A stretch of DNA of 64,000 nucleotides from Perkinsela sp. CCAP 1560/9 (lineage: Eukaryota > Protista > Euglenozoa: Kinetoplastea). The notes beneath the pieces are model-generated. The model saw only the letters and a list, made by a program, of their open reading frames with translations, had not been told where the DNA came from and did no database searches. A program made the translations under genes and the position numbers. Where the stretch lies: contig CBFFSA010000006.1 in NCBI GenBank assembly GCA_965644495.1, positions 496,001 through 560,000 of the forward strand, written 5' to 3'. This document shows positions 30,760 to 41,615 of the stretch, piece after piece. Within the stretch, counting starts at the first letter, position 1; the number at the start of each line of letters is the position of its first letter.

Positions 30760-31090
30760 CCGTGGCAGTCCATTTTAAATATTATGTTCTTCATTGTTAC
30801 TGTCCCCCCCCCTACTTAAGAGTCCGCGGGGTACCCCCCTACTTAAGAATCCTTTTTGAGAGAGCCTCGGGCTGCCTGCGGCGCGAAGCGCCGCCAGATT
30901 TTTTTTTTGATTTTTTCTCTGTTTTCTTTGATTTTTTTGTTGTCTGCCCATTGCGTTTAGCTGTGTTTTTAATATTTCCAAGCTATTTATACTTGATGGT
31001 ACTCCGAGGAAGGGGCAGACTACGGGCAGGCATGGTACACAACCATCCTCCTCAACCCCCTTCAACTCTCTCGCGAACTGATCGAAGTTC

Positions 31091-32348
31091 CAGAGGTCCG
31101 TAAAATTACAAAAACTATTTTATAGTACTATTACAGTACTATAAACTTTGAAACACTATATATAAAAACTATATTTTTTTACTATTTTTCTTAGTAAGTT
31201 TTTTCAGAAAGTATTGTTTGAAATGCCGACTCGACGCAATTTATTTTTATCACTCTCGTTTTCTTGAAAGATTTCTCACTATTTTTCTCATCATTATGCC
31301 CAACAAGCGTCGTGGTCAAGCTCAAATCGTTTTTTTACACTTCGTTGAAGTCGATGGGGAAATCGACCTACTTTAATTTCAGATGTGTTCCAGCCCAGAC
31401 GCCTTGTCTTCTTAGGTCACTTTTCCTGTCGAAGTACAATGTGTAAATGTGAAATAGGGGGTAAGTGATTCGTCAAATTTCTTCAAAAGATTATGAATTT
31501 TGCAGGTATTGAATCTTGCAGGCTGTGCGAGGTGTTTTTATGTTTACCTTGCCATTGAATACGCCACGTCTAGGATCCAACGAGTGATCTAACGGGAACT
31601 CGTTGGACAACTGTAATGCGGTTTGCACGCTACAAGGAAAGAGCATTATGGGAAGAACTTGTTGTGAGCTATAGGATCCCGTCTTTTTCCACTTCTGGAC
31701 AAAAACTACAACTCTTTTCACTTTTTTCTACGCGTCAGCGTATCCACACCACTTGCTCCACCTGACATCTCGTGACCCCTCTAAGCCTCTACACCTCCAT
31801 CGGCTCTCTCCAGCGAAATTCCTCCAGGTCCATCGCCCGATCTGTCTACCGAGCGCCTTCCTGGACATGAAACACTGATAAACACCACATACAGTGTGGG
31901 GCTTTATCACGGGACGGGTTAATTAAGGGACACCCCCCATCAAGGCCAAAGTGTCCCGTAATTAACCGTCCCTTAATTCTCCTTTTTTTTCAAGGCTTTA
32001 CTATACCTTTTTTTTTCCATTATCTTCCTTTACTTGTCTCCTTTTTCGTTCCCTTGTCTTACAAAAACATTTTTATGTGTGCCTGTTAACTTGCGCGCTC
32101 TGTGATTTGAGCGCTACACTTGTAGTTCGTTTGTCCCATTCCAAATATATGACTCCACCCCCATATTGTCCCTTAAATACCCGTCCCGTAATTAAACTGT
32201 CCCGTAATTAAACCGTCCCGTAATAACACCACGCACTGTAGTTTTTATAGTACTATATAGTGTTTATAGTACTATAAACGAGGTTTATAGTACTATAAAT
32301 TTTCTTGAAACACTATAAACTATCTATAAATAGTTTTAGGGACCTCTG
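31091..32348. mobile_element. hAT-like non-autonomous element with 8-bp TSD
   Basis: CGAAGTTC|CAGAGGTCCGTAAAA ... TTTTAGGGACCTCTG|CGAAGTTC (TSD at 31083-31090 and 32349-32356); subterminal TATAGTACTATA-type palindromes at both ends. Confidence 0.88.
31892..32238. mobile_element. 347-bp Tc1/mariner-type MITE nested in the hAT-like element
   Basis: TA|CAGTGTGGGGCTTTATCACGGGACGG ... CCGTCCCGTAATAACACCACGCACTG|TA; repeated GTCCCGTAATTAA motifs. Confidence 0.85.
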
Positions 32349-33067
32349 CGAAGTTCTTCTCCCCTCCGATCACCCTCCTCACACGAGAACGGCAAATCTG
32401 CCGACCAACCCCCTTCATCTATCTCCTCACCTAGCCACGGTAACGTTCCGCTACCCCATTCCGGGAGCCAACCCCGTTCTCTTTTATCCCAAGTGTACGC
32501 AGTATTGCTTTACGAATATCATTATATTCTCCTGCATATCAAGGGCCATATTCTGAATATTTATGACAGTTTTCTTGAACATGCCTCAGTAGCACGTGGG
32601 GCTTAACAGTAGCACGTCGGGTACAGACGCCGACTTTCATTAGACAAAAATAGAGGAAAAAAGATAGAGATAAAAAACATAAACAAAAAGGGAACCGGGA
32701 ATATTAAATTTTTATGAAAGAATGATGACCCCCCACTTCAGAGTCCAAATGCCCAAAATCGGCGGTCTCTTAAGTAGGGGGGGACAGTATATCCTTTAGT
32801 GTTATGTCCTTTAATGTTATGTAGACGTGAGCAAGTGTTAAAAGTGAAAGAATATGACCCAAGGTGCTTATGAATGTATTTAGAAGAACCTCAAAAGTCA
32901 CTTTTGAAATATACACTTTTGAAAAGTGTATATAAAAAATGGTTTTTTGCGTAATTAAAGTACTACTCCATATTCTCTTTTCAACTCTACCTTAACGGTT
33001 ACACATGCAATGAAGTGAATTTGTTCCACCTATCGCTATTGCGCCATCTATTATACTTCTAGCTGTC

Positions 33068-33808
33068 ATGCACTCCGTCCGAATATCTCTTGATCCCGGC
33101 ATACGCAACTGGGTTCTATTTCCCCTTGTAGTAATAGTTTTTTGCTTTCTTTTGATTCGACATTATGTGACTGCATTAGTATCGCCTAACAAAGTTGAAG
33201 ATGTTCGACAGAAGGAGCTGGTCAAGCCATTGCAGCACGCGAAACTCTTGGAAAACTCTTTCGTTCTACCTCCCGATTCGTTTCAAAAACACTATGATGA
33301 GTTGACAAATACAGAGAACGGTCTGTTGCACGCACCAGTGAAGAACACTGAGATAGAAGCCATGATGAATCCCGTACAAATGAATAAGGTGATGCTTCAA
33401 CAACTTTCAGGAATGCTACCTAACTTACTGATGATGTCCATCGTATCCTATTTCTTCTCCGGGGTTATCATCGCACGAGTTCCTTTCACCCTGCCGGAGA
33501 GTTTTCGCCCGATGTTGCAAAGGGGGGTTAACCTACCTGCCTTAGACGTATCATATGTGACATCACTTTCTATGTATTTTTTGCTTCTGTTTGGTTTGCG
33601 TGGGGTTGTGAATCTAGTATTGGGGGAGACACCTCAAAGTGAGGGTGTGATAATGCCTCCTGTGTTCCCAGGATCTGCACATGGCGTTGACTATGAAAAG
33701 CTATACAAACAAGCTCTAGAGGATTTGAAAGTCGTAAAAGCGCACTATAAGTGTAAACTTGACGTTTTTTCTTGCATCTTAGATGACGCATCCAGCATAG
33801 AGACATGA
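33068..33808 (+). CDS. EMC3: ER membrane complex subunit 3
   Basis: LDPGIRNWVLFP, FFSGVIIARVPFTL..FRPMLQRGV, LDVSYVTSLSMYFL. Confidence 0.93.
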   Translation: MHSVRISLDPGIRNWVLFPLVVIVFCFLLIRHYVTALVSPNKVEDVRQKELVKPLQHAKLLENSFVLPPDSFQKHYDELTNTENGLLHAPVKNTEIEAMMNPVQMNKVMLQQLSGMLPNLLMMSIVSYFFSGVIIARVPFTLPESFRPMLQRGVNLPALDVSYVTSLSMYFLLLFGLRGVVNLVLGETPQSEGVIMPPVFPGSAHGVDYEKLYKQALEDLKVVKAHYKCKLDVFSCILDDASSIET

Positions 33809-34013
33809 TATGGCGTTCATCTTTTGTACTTCGAATCGGAGTTGCGAAGCGTTTGAAACAAATAGGATACGAATCTATCTAAAATGATTGCATGAAATAG
33901 TGCTTCAGTTTTGCTGTGCTTTGAATATTTAGCTTTCCGGAGGACTTCATTCTAAAAAAAATGGTTTTTCTCCAGAAGATATTGTCACTTTATTCTAATC
34001 AATTGTAGTTTCC

Positions 34014-35411
34014 ATGTCGGAAGCTGTTCTCCACATTTTACCTCCGAGAGGCGGGTTCATGTCCTTACCCGTGAATCCATTGTATGATCCCAAGCCACCA
34101 CGATTGAGCGATGTTGGCGAACATTCTTCCTCGGATTTTGAGGAGGACGTGCCGCAAAAATCTGACTATCCATATTATTGCGACTCATGTCGCAGTGGTT
34201 TCGAAACAGAGGAGACGTATCGCTCGCATCTTACCAAACATATTTGGTGCGATGCCCCTGGATGTCGTTTCACTTGTCTAAAGGCAAAGGAGTGGAAACT
34301 TGAATTACACAAATCTGCCCTACACGACCGTCCTGATGCGCCTGATCTTACCAATACGCATCAATATCTTGAAACGCGCCGAGATAAATTTCCAACACGT
34401 GATAAAGTATTGACCAAAGTCGAGGAATTGGAAATGAAAGCGGCACGAGGTGCAATACTAGATTCCGAACAGCGTCGCTGGCTACGAATGCAGGGAGTAC
34501 GATTCGAACGATCCGGAGTCTCAAAAAGGGTTTCGTCCTCGGAGAAACAGACCGTGGAGCAAGGTAGGGATACGCAGCGAGGTTCCAGAGGCTCGGGAAT
34601 CACTTTGGGGAATATTCGGCAGCTGCGGGGACGCGCTCGTACCTCCGCCATGGTGGAGGTGATGAAAGAAAAATACCAAGGTTTGCAACGAGCTCCATCC
34701 TATTATGTGTGTCACCGCTGTGGAGAAAAGGGACAACATTGGTCCCACGAGTGTCCCACGCAAGGTGACAAGACGTATGACCGCAATTTTAGACCAGCCG
34801 TTCAAAGTCGAAACCAAACTTCTCATGCAGCATCTGTTGAAACTGCACATGATCATATGGAGTGCAATAGTAAAAGAAGAGTCCTTGAATCCAGTGATGC
34901 ATCTAGTTCGGGTTCGGAAAGTGATAAATCGAGGAACTCCATTGATAAAAGACACAAGACCAAAAAATCCAGCCATACTGAAAATTTCGGTGTACAGTCG
35001 CTACCGTGTAGTAAATCAGAACAAGGTGACGAACCAATTCAGATTGATAGTTCTGTTGATCCTTTGGCTTCTAAAGGGGAAAATACCGAGCATGCGGTCC
35101 TTCAAGATACTCCTCACCAAGCACGTGAAGCAGTACAGCTGAACTCGGAAGTACAAATACAACATCACTTGCAAAATGCAACAAACTCTTCTGATCTTCA
35201 AAAGAGCACTCCCCATTCAAGAGCACACCAAAACGCGTCTTCAGTCGTCAGGAATACAGCAACGAAGAGGAGAAGAGTTCCTCCTCTCACATTGTACAAC
35301 AGACTTACCGAGGATGAAAGGCTCACGGAGAGAGGTCTAATTTTACAGGCTATTCGTTATTTTGTAGCAACAGATTTTTTAACGAATTACCCAGCGTGGG
35401 AGCATGACTAG
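34014..35411 (+). CDS. NUFIP1: NUFIP1/Rsa1-like snoRNP assembly factor with C2H2 fingers and a zinc knuckle
   Basis: Two C2H2 fingers, PEP-like YLETRRDKFPT, CHRCGEKGQHWSHEC, C-terminal LYNRL...ERGLILQAIRYFVATDFL. Confidence 0.75.
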   Translation: MSEAVLHILPPRGGFMSLPVNPLYDPKPPRLSDVGEHSSSDFEEDVPQKSDYPYYCDSCRSGFETEETYRSHLTKHIWCDAPGCRFTCLKAKEWKLELHKSALHDRPDAPDLTNTHQYLETRRDKFPTRDKVLTKVEELEMKAARGAILDSEQRRWLRMQGVRFERSGVSKRVSSSEKQTVEQGRDTQRGSRGSGITLGNIRQLRGRARTSAMVEVMKEKYQGLQRAPSYYVCHRCGEKGQHWSHECPTQGDKTYDRNFRPAVQSRNQTSHAASVETAHDHMECNSKRRVLESSDASSSGSESDKSRNSIDKRHKTKKSSHTENFGVQSLPCSKSEQGDEPIQIDSSVDPLASKGENTEHAVLQDTPHQAREAVQLNSEVQIQHHLQNATNSSDLQKSTPHSRAHQNASSVVRNTATKRRRVPPLTLYNRLTEDERLTERGLILQAIRYFVATDFLTNYPAWEHD

Positions 35412-35758
35412 GATTCCTAGTCAATCGTACTAGCTATTGGTGTCACGAAGCAAGCAACTACTCTCAAGAGAAGAAAACAAACCGTCAAGAGTTCAACGAG
35501 CAAATACTGTCAGCCTAAACTAGAGGGAGGTGGACAACCTGCTACTGTTCCAAGTGAGATTTAAGGACTTTATATTATAAGGAAGTTAATTATAGATTTT
35601 ATATTAAACTTCTGAATATTGACATTTCCCAGGCCTCTCGTAGCGTCTTGTTACCATGTTAGTACGTTGTTACCTTGTTCAATGCATTGTATTCCCATTT
35701 CGTCCTGTAAATTACACAGTATCTTAACTACAGTAGGTGCCCTATTGTGTAGGAACTG

Positions 35759-38113
35759 ATGAATATTTCTAAATACTTCATCGCATTTGGTTACTTCATC
35801 GTAAATGGTTCTCTTATGAATCACATTCCCACTACTGTTCTTGGTGGTGACTCGTCGCGGCATAAACGTCAACGAACAGAAAATAAAAGCATCTCGGCTG
35901 TTAGTAAAACCAAAGATAATGCTAAATACTGTGTCGAAGGGTGGACACTTCCATATTCACCGTATACATCACAAGTACAAATAATAGAAACATTAAGCAC
36001 TGCGCTTCACGAGGGTTCTCATTGCATTGTCGAAAGTCCTACCGGGACCGGTAAAACACTAGCGCTATTGTGTGCAACTTTACATTATCATAGCGAACTA
36101 CGAAAGAAATCACCGATGATGCTTAAACAGGTTATTAGATCTCGCGTAGAGAACAGGGAATCCGAACACCAACTTCCAATAACAATTCGAGGTGCGAATC
36201 GGTTGAAGAAGGCGATATCTGCACCACGTAATCCTTCACTACTCAATACTGAATTAGAAGTCTTTTGCGGAGAGGAAGAGAATGGTGACAGCCTACTAGA
36301 GAGTGGAAACATAGTACCTCCCATTTTTTATGCTTCACGAACACATTCTCAATTAGCACAAGCTGTTTCCGAGTTGCGGAAGATGAGTAGGGGGAGCGTC
36401 CATATGAATCTTCTGGCCGGGCGAAATCAGTATTGTGTCAATGAGAGGGTTCGCACTTCGCTTCCTCATGAGCGAAATAACTTAGGGGAAATGTGTGACA
36501 AAGCCGTCTTATTGAACCAATGTTCTTCTTGGGAAGGTTACGATGCGCTTGCAGAGCTAGTGTCTTCGAAACCTCATGAGTGGAACATTGAAGATTTAAT
36601 TCAGGAAGGAAAGAGCCAGGACGGGTGCCCCTACTACGCTTCTAGAGAATTGGTCAACACAGCTTATATTACATTTTGTCCTTACAACTATTTGTTAAAT
36701 CCATTGATTCGACATGAAACGAAAATTGAAGGCAGGATACGACACTCAGTTGTAGTATTTGACGAAGCTCACAATATAGAAGAAGTGAGTCGGTCATCGC
36801 TTGACTGCTTATTATTTTGTGAAGAGCTCTCAGTAGCAATAGATGAGATTGAGCCGTTTATTGGAGGGAGACCATTACATTACACTAAAAGCTTTGGGTT
36901 TGGAAAGTATCTTCTTGCTGATGCATGTGGACTAGTCGTACGAATCATGCGCTCGATTCTTGAGGTTGTACAAACTTGGTCTATTGGGAATCACGCAGTT
37001 AAAAAACTGATAGAAAAGTTTAGCTTCTTAGGTGATATTGCAACTAAAAAGGAGGAAACGCAGCTGTTTCATGCAACACTAAAAGCTTTTTTGAAGCTTG
37101 GGGTTACATTTAATCCATTTGACGCCGCCGTTTCATCGATTCACACTTCTAAAAATGTGCTTGTTTTCCTCCACCTTGCTATTTATCGTCCACGTGCGTT
37201 TACCGTCTTGGTTCGGAAGAACCGGGAAAAGTTTGAAGCATTTTGCTCTGATTCTTCTTTAGCATTTCAACTTCTGGCTCAAGACGTTGGCGTTATTTGT
37301 TTAGCGTCCGGTACATTGGCACCGAAATCTTATATTTCTTCTGAGCTAGGCGTTTCCTTTAGGCATGAAGTGCGCGCTCAACACACAGTAGACCTAGAAA
37401 AGGCAGTACGCATGTTAGTGATTCCTTTTTTGGGTCGGTGTACTTACAGTACCATGTACAGCGACAACTTTGCCGACCGAGTTGGGGAAACTGTATACTC
37501 AGCTGTGAAGGCAAGCTTCAACGGTCGACTTGTATTCGTTCCGAGCTATAAATTTTTGCGGCACCTTCAAGAACGTTGGACAGGTACTGGTTTTATATCT
37601 CCGTTTCGTTCCCTAGGTTTGCGTGTTGTTTTCGAACCGCCAGACAGTAGGTTATTTCGTCAAGATTTAGATACCTTTCGCGCTGCGTCTCGTTCATCTC
37701 GGGGTGCCGCGTTGTTCGCCGTTTATCGTGGCAAGGCTGCTGAAGGTATCGACTTTACTGATCACATGGCACGTCTTGTAATATGCGTAGGTATTCCGTA
37801 TCGTGCTCTTAACGATGAGCGTACTGTTGCGAAAAAGGAATTCAATGACCAATATGGAGTATGTAGTGGAGATGAATGGTATCTTACGGATGCTATTATT
37901 GCCGTTAATCAAGCGCTCGGTCGATGTATTCGACATAAGGACGTCTATGGTGCCTTAATGTTAATAGATGAACGTTGGGAGGCAGAATCTTTTCGAAGTC
38001 GACTTCCAAGATGGCTTTCCTCGTCCTTTCGGTCTATGTCAAACTCAAACGAGGTAACAGCAGCACTGGTAAGCTTTTTCGCTCCCTATTATTCAAGCAT
38101 AAAGCAATCGTAG
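35759..38113 (+). CDS. FANCJ/RTEL1-like Fe-S cluster 5'-3' DNA helicase (XPD family)
   Basis: ESPTGTGKTLALLC, YASRTHSQL, four Fe-S Cys including CPYY, FDEAHN, SGTL, RGKAAEGIDF, AVNQALGRCIRH. The start could be ATG 35816. Confidence 0.92.
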   Translation: MNISKYFIAFGYFIVNGSLMNHIPTTVLGGDSSRHKRQRTENKSISAVSKTKDNAKYCVEGWTLPYSPYTSQVQIIETLSTALHEGSHCIVESPTGTGKTLALLCATLHYHSELRKKSPMMLKQVIRSRVENRESEHQLPITIRGANRLKKAISAPRNPSLLNTELEVFCGEEENGDSLLESGNIVPPIFYASRTHSQLAQAVSELRKMSRGSVHMNLLAGRNQYCVNERVRTSLPHERNNLGEMCDKAVLLNQCSSWEGYDALAELVSSKPHEWNIEDLIQEGKSQDGCPYYASRELVNTAYITFCPYNYLLNPLIRHETKIEGRIRHSVVVFDEAHNIEEVSRSSLDCLLFCEELSVAIDEIEPFIGGRPLHYTKSFGFGKYLLADACGLVVRIMRSILEVVQTWSIGNHAVKKLIEKFSFLGDIATKKEETQLFHATLKAFLKLGVTFNPFDAAVSSIHTSKNVLVFLHLAIYRPRAFTVLVRKNREKFEAFCSDSSLAFQLLAQDVGVICLASGTLAPKSYISSELGVSFRHEVRAQHTVDLEKAVRMLVIPFLGRCTYSTMYSDNFADRVGETVYSAVKASFNGRLVFVPSYKFLRHLQERWTGTGFISPFRSLGLRVVFEPPDSRLFRQDLDTFRAASRSSRGAALFAVYRGKAAEGIDFTDHMARLVICVGIPYRALNDERTVAKKEFNDQYGVCSGDEWYLTDAIIAVNQALGRCIRHKDVYGALMLIDERWEAESFRSRLPRWLSSSFRSMSNSNEVTAALVSFFAPYYSSIKQS

Positions 38114-38437
38114 CAAGAAATTACGTGTCACAGAACCGTACGTTTTTGGCCATACCTCTCTTTCAGAGTTGTCTATCACAATTCTCTTATACATACATAC
38201 AGTATGCATTACCGTATGTATTGCCGTTAATGCCCCCTGGCTTTCCAACGACGAAAGCAGCGAAAATTCAGGATTTAGTGTAAAGTGAGGGGGTGCGCAA
38301 AGTGAGGGGGTGTGCAAAGTCATGATGGTGGGTTGAAGGGATGAAAAAAAAATGTTGCGAACATTTTACTTTACTTCATTAACTTTCCTTTACGGGTAAT
38401 TTACAGCCGTAATCTTATTTCCTGTTAGTTTATTTCC

Positions 38438-41395
38438 ATGTCACATGATCTTTATGATTCTTTCGCACGAGCTATCAGCATAGCTTATGGAACGAGCCAC
38501 AGCTCTTCGGAAAGAAGAGATGCCGAAATGCGGTTGAACGAGCTTCAACAGTCGCCAGAGGCTTGGAATTTGCTTCAAAGTGTGTTATTCGCTAGGAAAT
38601 CCAATACATATGAGTGTTTCTGGATTTTTCAGCTTGTTGTCGAAGAGCTCAGTAATTTCAGGAAACGGTTTGGTGAGGCTGATCTTCAAAGTGTGTATTT
38701 TGCTATGCAAACATGGATAAAAGATCAGGTACCAGATTCGCAATTTCCAAGATTTCTTATTAAAAAATGCGTTCAAGCACAATGCGCGTGCCTTTTTTGC
38801 TCTGATTCAAACGAATTTTACAAAATTTTCTTTCGCGAATTATTTTCATACCTAGAGAGTCCAGTCCCCTCTGTTAAAAATCTTTTTTTCCTTCTTTGGC
38901 CTGCTTTGAATGAGTACATTGCAGCTGAAGAAATGCATTCGCTTGAAAATATTAATAGGAATGTCAAGGAATACATGCGAGCAGAAGTTCTTGTCCGATT
39001 GATAGAAACTGTTTATCGATGGATTGGCGAATTAACGAAAGGCGAAGAGCCTAATGCATCAATGTTTCTTGACCTCCTAGAACCATACATTACGTGGGTA
39101 GATGTTTCACTGGTGTCGTCAAAAGAATGGCTGTGTCTTCACTTCGAGCTTTTTAAGGACAATGAAGCGTGCACAAAAGCATCTGACTTATTGCGTCTCG
39201 TTGTTGATCGAAAGATGGCTTTTGACAGGAAATATATAATACTTGAATCAGTGTACGAGAAGCAATTATTTTCTTCTATGAGTGATAGAGAGCACTTGTC
39301 AATAGTTCAGTGCAACCCAGATACATCCAGCACCACACATGAAAGTTTCTCCCTTCTTCGCTTGAGCGTGGGGCTACAAGCATGTGAACTGTCCGAAATT
39401 GGGGAGATTTCGTGGGTGGCGGATTTTTGCGACTGCATACTATCCGCCCTACTAACAAATAGAGCAGTTTTCTTGAATAACACTAAACAATTAACTGAAT
39501 TTTGTCAAAAATTTCTTCTTTTACTCCAGAAGCGCGGTGAGGATTCTCTTGCAGCACGAAACGTGGATACTTTGCTCCACTATTACTTTGTTGAATTTAT
39601 GTTACCGACTCAGCAAGTCAATCAAACTGAGCAGGAAGAGTTCATGGCAAAAAGGCCTCATGTTGCATCTTTTTTGCGCTTTCTTTTTAAGAATTTCCCT
39701 GTTAAAGTCTTGCAGTTTTTCCTAGTTGGAGTTGAGCAACTGATGACAGCTTCTATTACACAAGCGCCATTGCACATTACGGAAGGAATCTTGCGCGGTT
39801 TATACGAGATTTGTTCCGGTATGAAACCTGAGGTCGTACATTCAGATGCTCTTTGTCTTCTAGTTCAAAAACTTTTTTGCATTAATTTTTTTGAGCATTC
39901 GTCGCCAATCATACATTTGAGCTTTTCTGAATTAATACACCGCCTTGCACCCACTTTGGAAGGAACGGAAGAGTCTACACGTGTTGTTTTCGTTGCGCTT
40001 TTGAATAGTTCAAACGGAATAAGACACGCAATACCGACGGTACGTCAACGTATAAATCAAATTTTCGCTCAATTATGCTTTTCACTACACAGACAGCTCT
40101 GTCCATACTTCCAAGAGCTTGTGTGCACTTGCCACGAAATAGTAGATTGGCGCATTTCAGAAAATATATCACCGGAGGAAACTCATGCCACGTATGCTCA
40201 TCGACGTATTCTTTCGCCTACTCTACCCCCATCCGATACTCAGAGAAATATTCAGGATATCATAAATCGGGTGGATGCCACACATTGGTATTCTCCATTC
40301 CCAGCGACTAAATTTGATCTACATGAGGACATTACGTATCTATTCCAAGCGCTTGGTGGATTGGCACGAGACTTTTCTGATTTAACAGAAAGATTGGAAA
40401 ATATTCTTGAATCTCTGCTTAGCACAATGAAAAAAAATACTAGTAATTACAACGCTATGGTGGTGACCCTCCGCGCAGTTTCGGGATTGCTCAAAGGGAT
40501 ATCACCTACGCAGAAAAGAGTTATGAAATATTTTCTAAACACATCAAACGAAATTACGTCGCTTTTAAAAGAACGATGGCTGACTAGTCAGAAAGGATGG
40601 ATTTTGCGTGAGGGGCTTTTGAAATACTTGCAAGTTCTTGTTAGGTTTGATTGTTCAGATGTCTACTGTTTTGCCTTGGCGTTAATCAAAGAGGTCCTTC
40701 CTGTAATCGACATCAATGAGCTGCGCAAAATTTTTCGACTATGCATACAGATAATACATTTGAATAAAGAGAATTATTACGCCTCTGTTCTCTTACCAGA
40801 CTTGACAAAGAAACTAGAACAACTGGTACCTTGCAGTTGTGTAGAATTGGAGAATGTAAGCTGTGCGAGCGATAACGCAATCTCTCTACAAACAGTTCAA
40901 CTGTATTATCAATTACTGCTTTCGTGTATTAGTTTGTCTTTTATACTTCCTGAAGCCGCACAAAAAATTCTTTTGATTGGAATAACAACTCACCCCGATC
41001 TTAATCTCTGCTCTTCAGCAATTCAAGTCTTTAAACATATTTTTGAATTACCAGAAGGAAGGAAGTGCTTGATTGAGGCAAGTGATTCAATCTGGAGTGA
41101 TCTTTGCATCGCATTGTGTACTCAAATGGTTTCTTCGTACATGAAAATTAATAATGAAAGAACAAAGAAAATGACGTCAGATGTTATCACACTTTTGATT
41201 TCCATAATTAGATCCGAATTGCAAATCACAGCAAGCGGGAAAACGCAATCACCTGTTCTAAATACTTTACACGGTACATTTTCGAATGACGAGCTAGTTG
41301 GTCATCTTTTCTCTTTGTGTCAAAGTGCGAGTAGCACTGCACAAGTAGTTGAGAAAATCGCTCAACACATTGCTACCCAATCTATTGAACAGTAG
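38438..41395 (+). CDS. Exportin-T (Los1/Xpo-t)-like importin-beta protein
   Basis: HEAT-like 985 aa; VKEYMR, YITWVDVSLV, VVDRKM....K, NGIRH...VRQR....F resemble Xpo-t motifs. Confidence 0.7.
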   Translation: MSHDLYDSFARAISIAYGTSHSSSERRDAEMRLNELQQSPEAWNLLQSVLFARKSNTYECFWIFQLVVEELSNFRKRFGEADLQSVYFAMQTWIKDQVPDSQFPRFLIKKCVQAQCACLFCSDSNEFYKIFFRELFSYLESPVPSVKNLFFLLWPALNEYIAAEEMHSLENINRNVKEYMRAEVLVRLIETVYRWIGELTKGEEPNASMFLDLLEPYITWVDVSLVSSKEWLCLHFELFKDNEACTKASDLLRLVVDRKMAFDRKYIILESVYEKQLFSSMSDREHLSIVQCNPDTSSTTHESFSLLRLSVGLQACELSEIGEISWVADFCDCILSALLTNRAVFLNNTKQLTEFCQKFLLLLQKRGEDSLAARNVDTLLHYYFVEFMLPTQQVNQTEQEEFMAKRPHVASFLRFLFKNFPVKVLQFFLVGVEQLMTASITQAPLHITEGILRGLYEICSGMKPEVVHSDALCLLVQKLFCINFFEHSSPIIHLSFSELIHRLAPTLEGTEESTRVVFVALLNSSNGIRHAIPTVRQRINQIFAQLCFSLHRQLCPYFQELVCTCHEIVDWRISENISPEETHATYAHRRILSPTLPPSDTQRNIQDIINRVDATHWYSPFPATKFDLHEDITYLFQALGGLARDFSDLTERLENILESLLSTMKKNTSNYNAMVVTLRAVSGLLKGISPTQKRVMKYFLNTSNEITSLLKERWLTSQKGWILREGLLKYLQVLVRFDCSDVYCFALALIKEVLPVIDINELRKIFRLCIQIIHLNKENYYASVLLPDLTKKLEQLVPCSCVELENVSCASDNAISLQTVQLYYQLLLSCISLSFILPEAAQKILLIGITTHPDLNLCSSAIQVFKHIFELPEGRKCLIEASDSIWSDLCIALCTQMVSSYMKINNERTKKMTSDVITLLISIIRSELQITASGKTQSPVLNTLHGTFSNDELVGHLFSLCQSASSTAQVVEKIAQHIATQSIEQ

Positions 41396-41615
41396 ATCAT
41401 TTCAGGGTGCAATTAATTCTTTTGCTACTTAAAAGTGGCTATTATTTCCCGTTAGAGTATTACAAGGGTAATGTTTCAAATTGGTGTAATTCATGTTTAA
41501 TGCTGTAATATTTAGTTCTCTGGATACAATATTGAATGCAATACAATTATTATAGTAAATTTTAGTTTTTTTCATTTACAAACGTTTTCAGCATCGAAAA
41601 GTATTTTGCACGAAG

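Larger units (their letters stand above)
30800..32787. mobile_element. CTGTCCCC-family TIR element (~720 bp of own sequence) hosting nested insertions
   Basis: TA|CTGTCCCCCCCCCTACTTAAGAG ... CTCTTAAGTAGGGGGGGACAG|TA. Confidence 0.88.

Noticed and set aside
32170-32330. CRISPR-like or iteron-like repeats
   Set aside because: Short irregular subterminal repeats of the nested transposons; eukaryotic context and no cas genes.
32909-32933. Perfect palindrome ATATACACTTTT-G-AAAAGTGTATAT (a similar hairpin lies near 57465-57490)
   Set aside because: AT-rich and isolated, with no recurrence or functional context.
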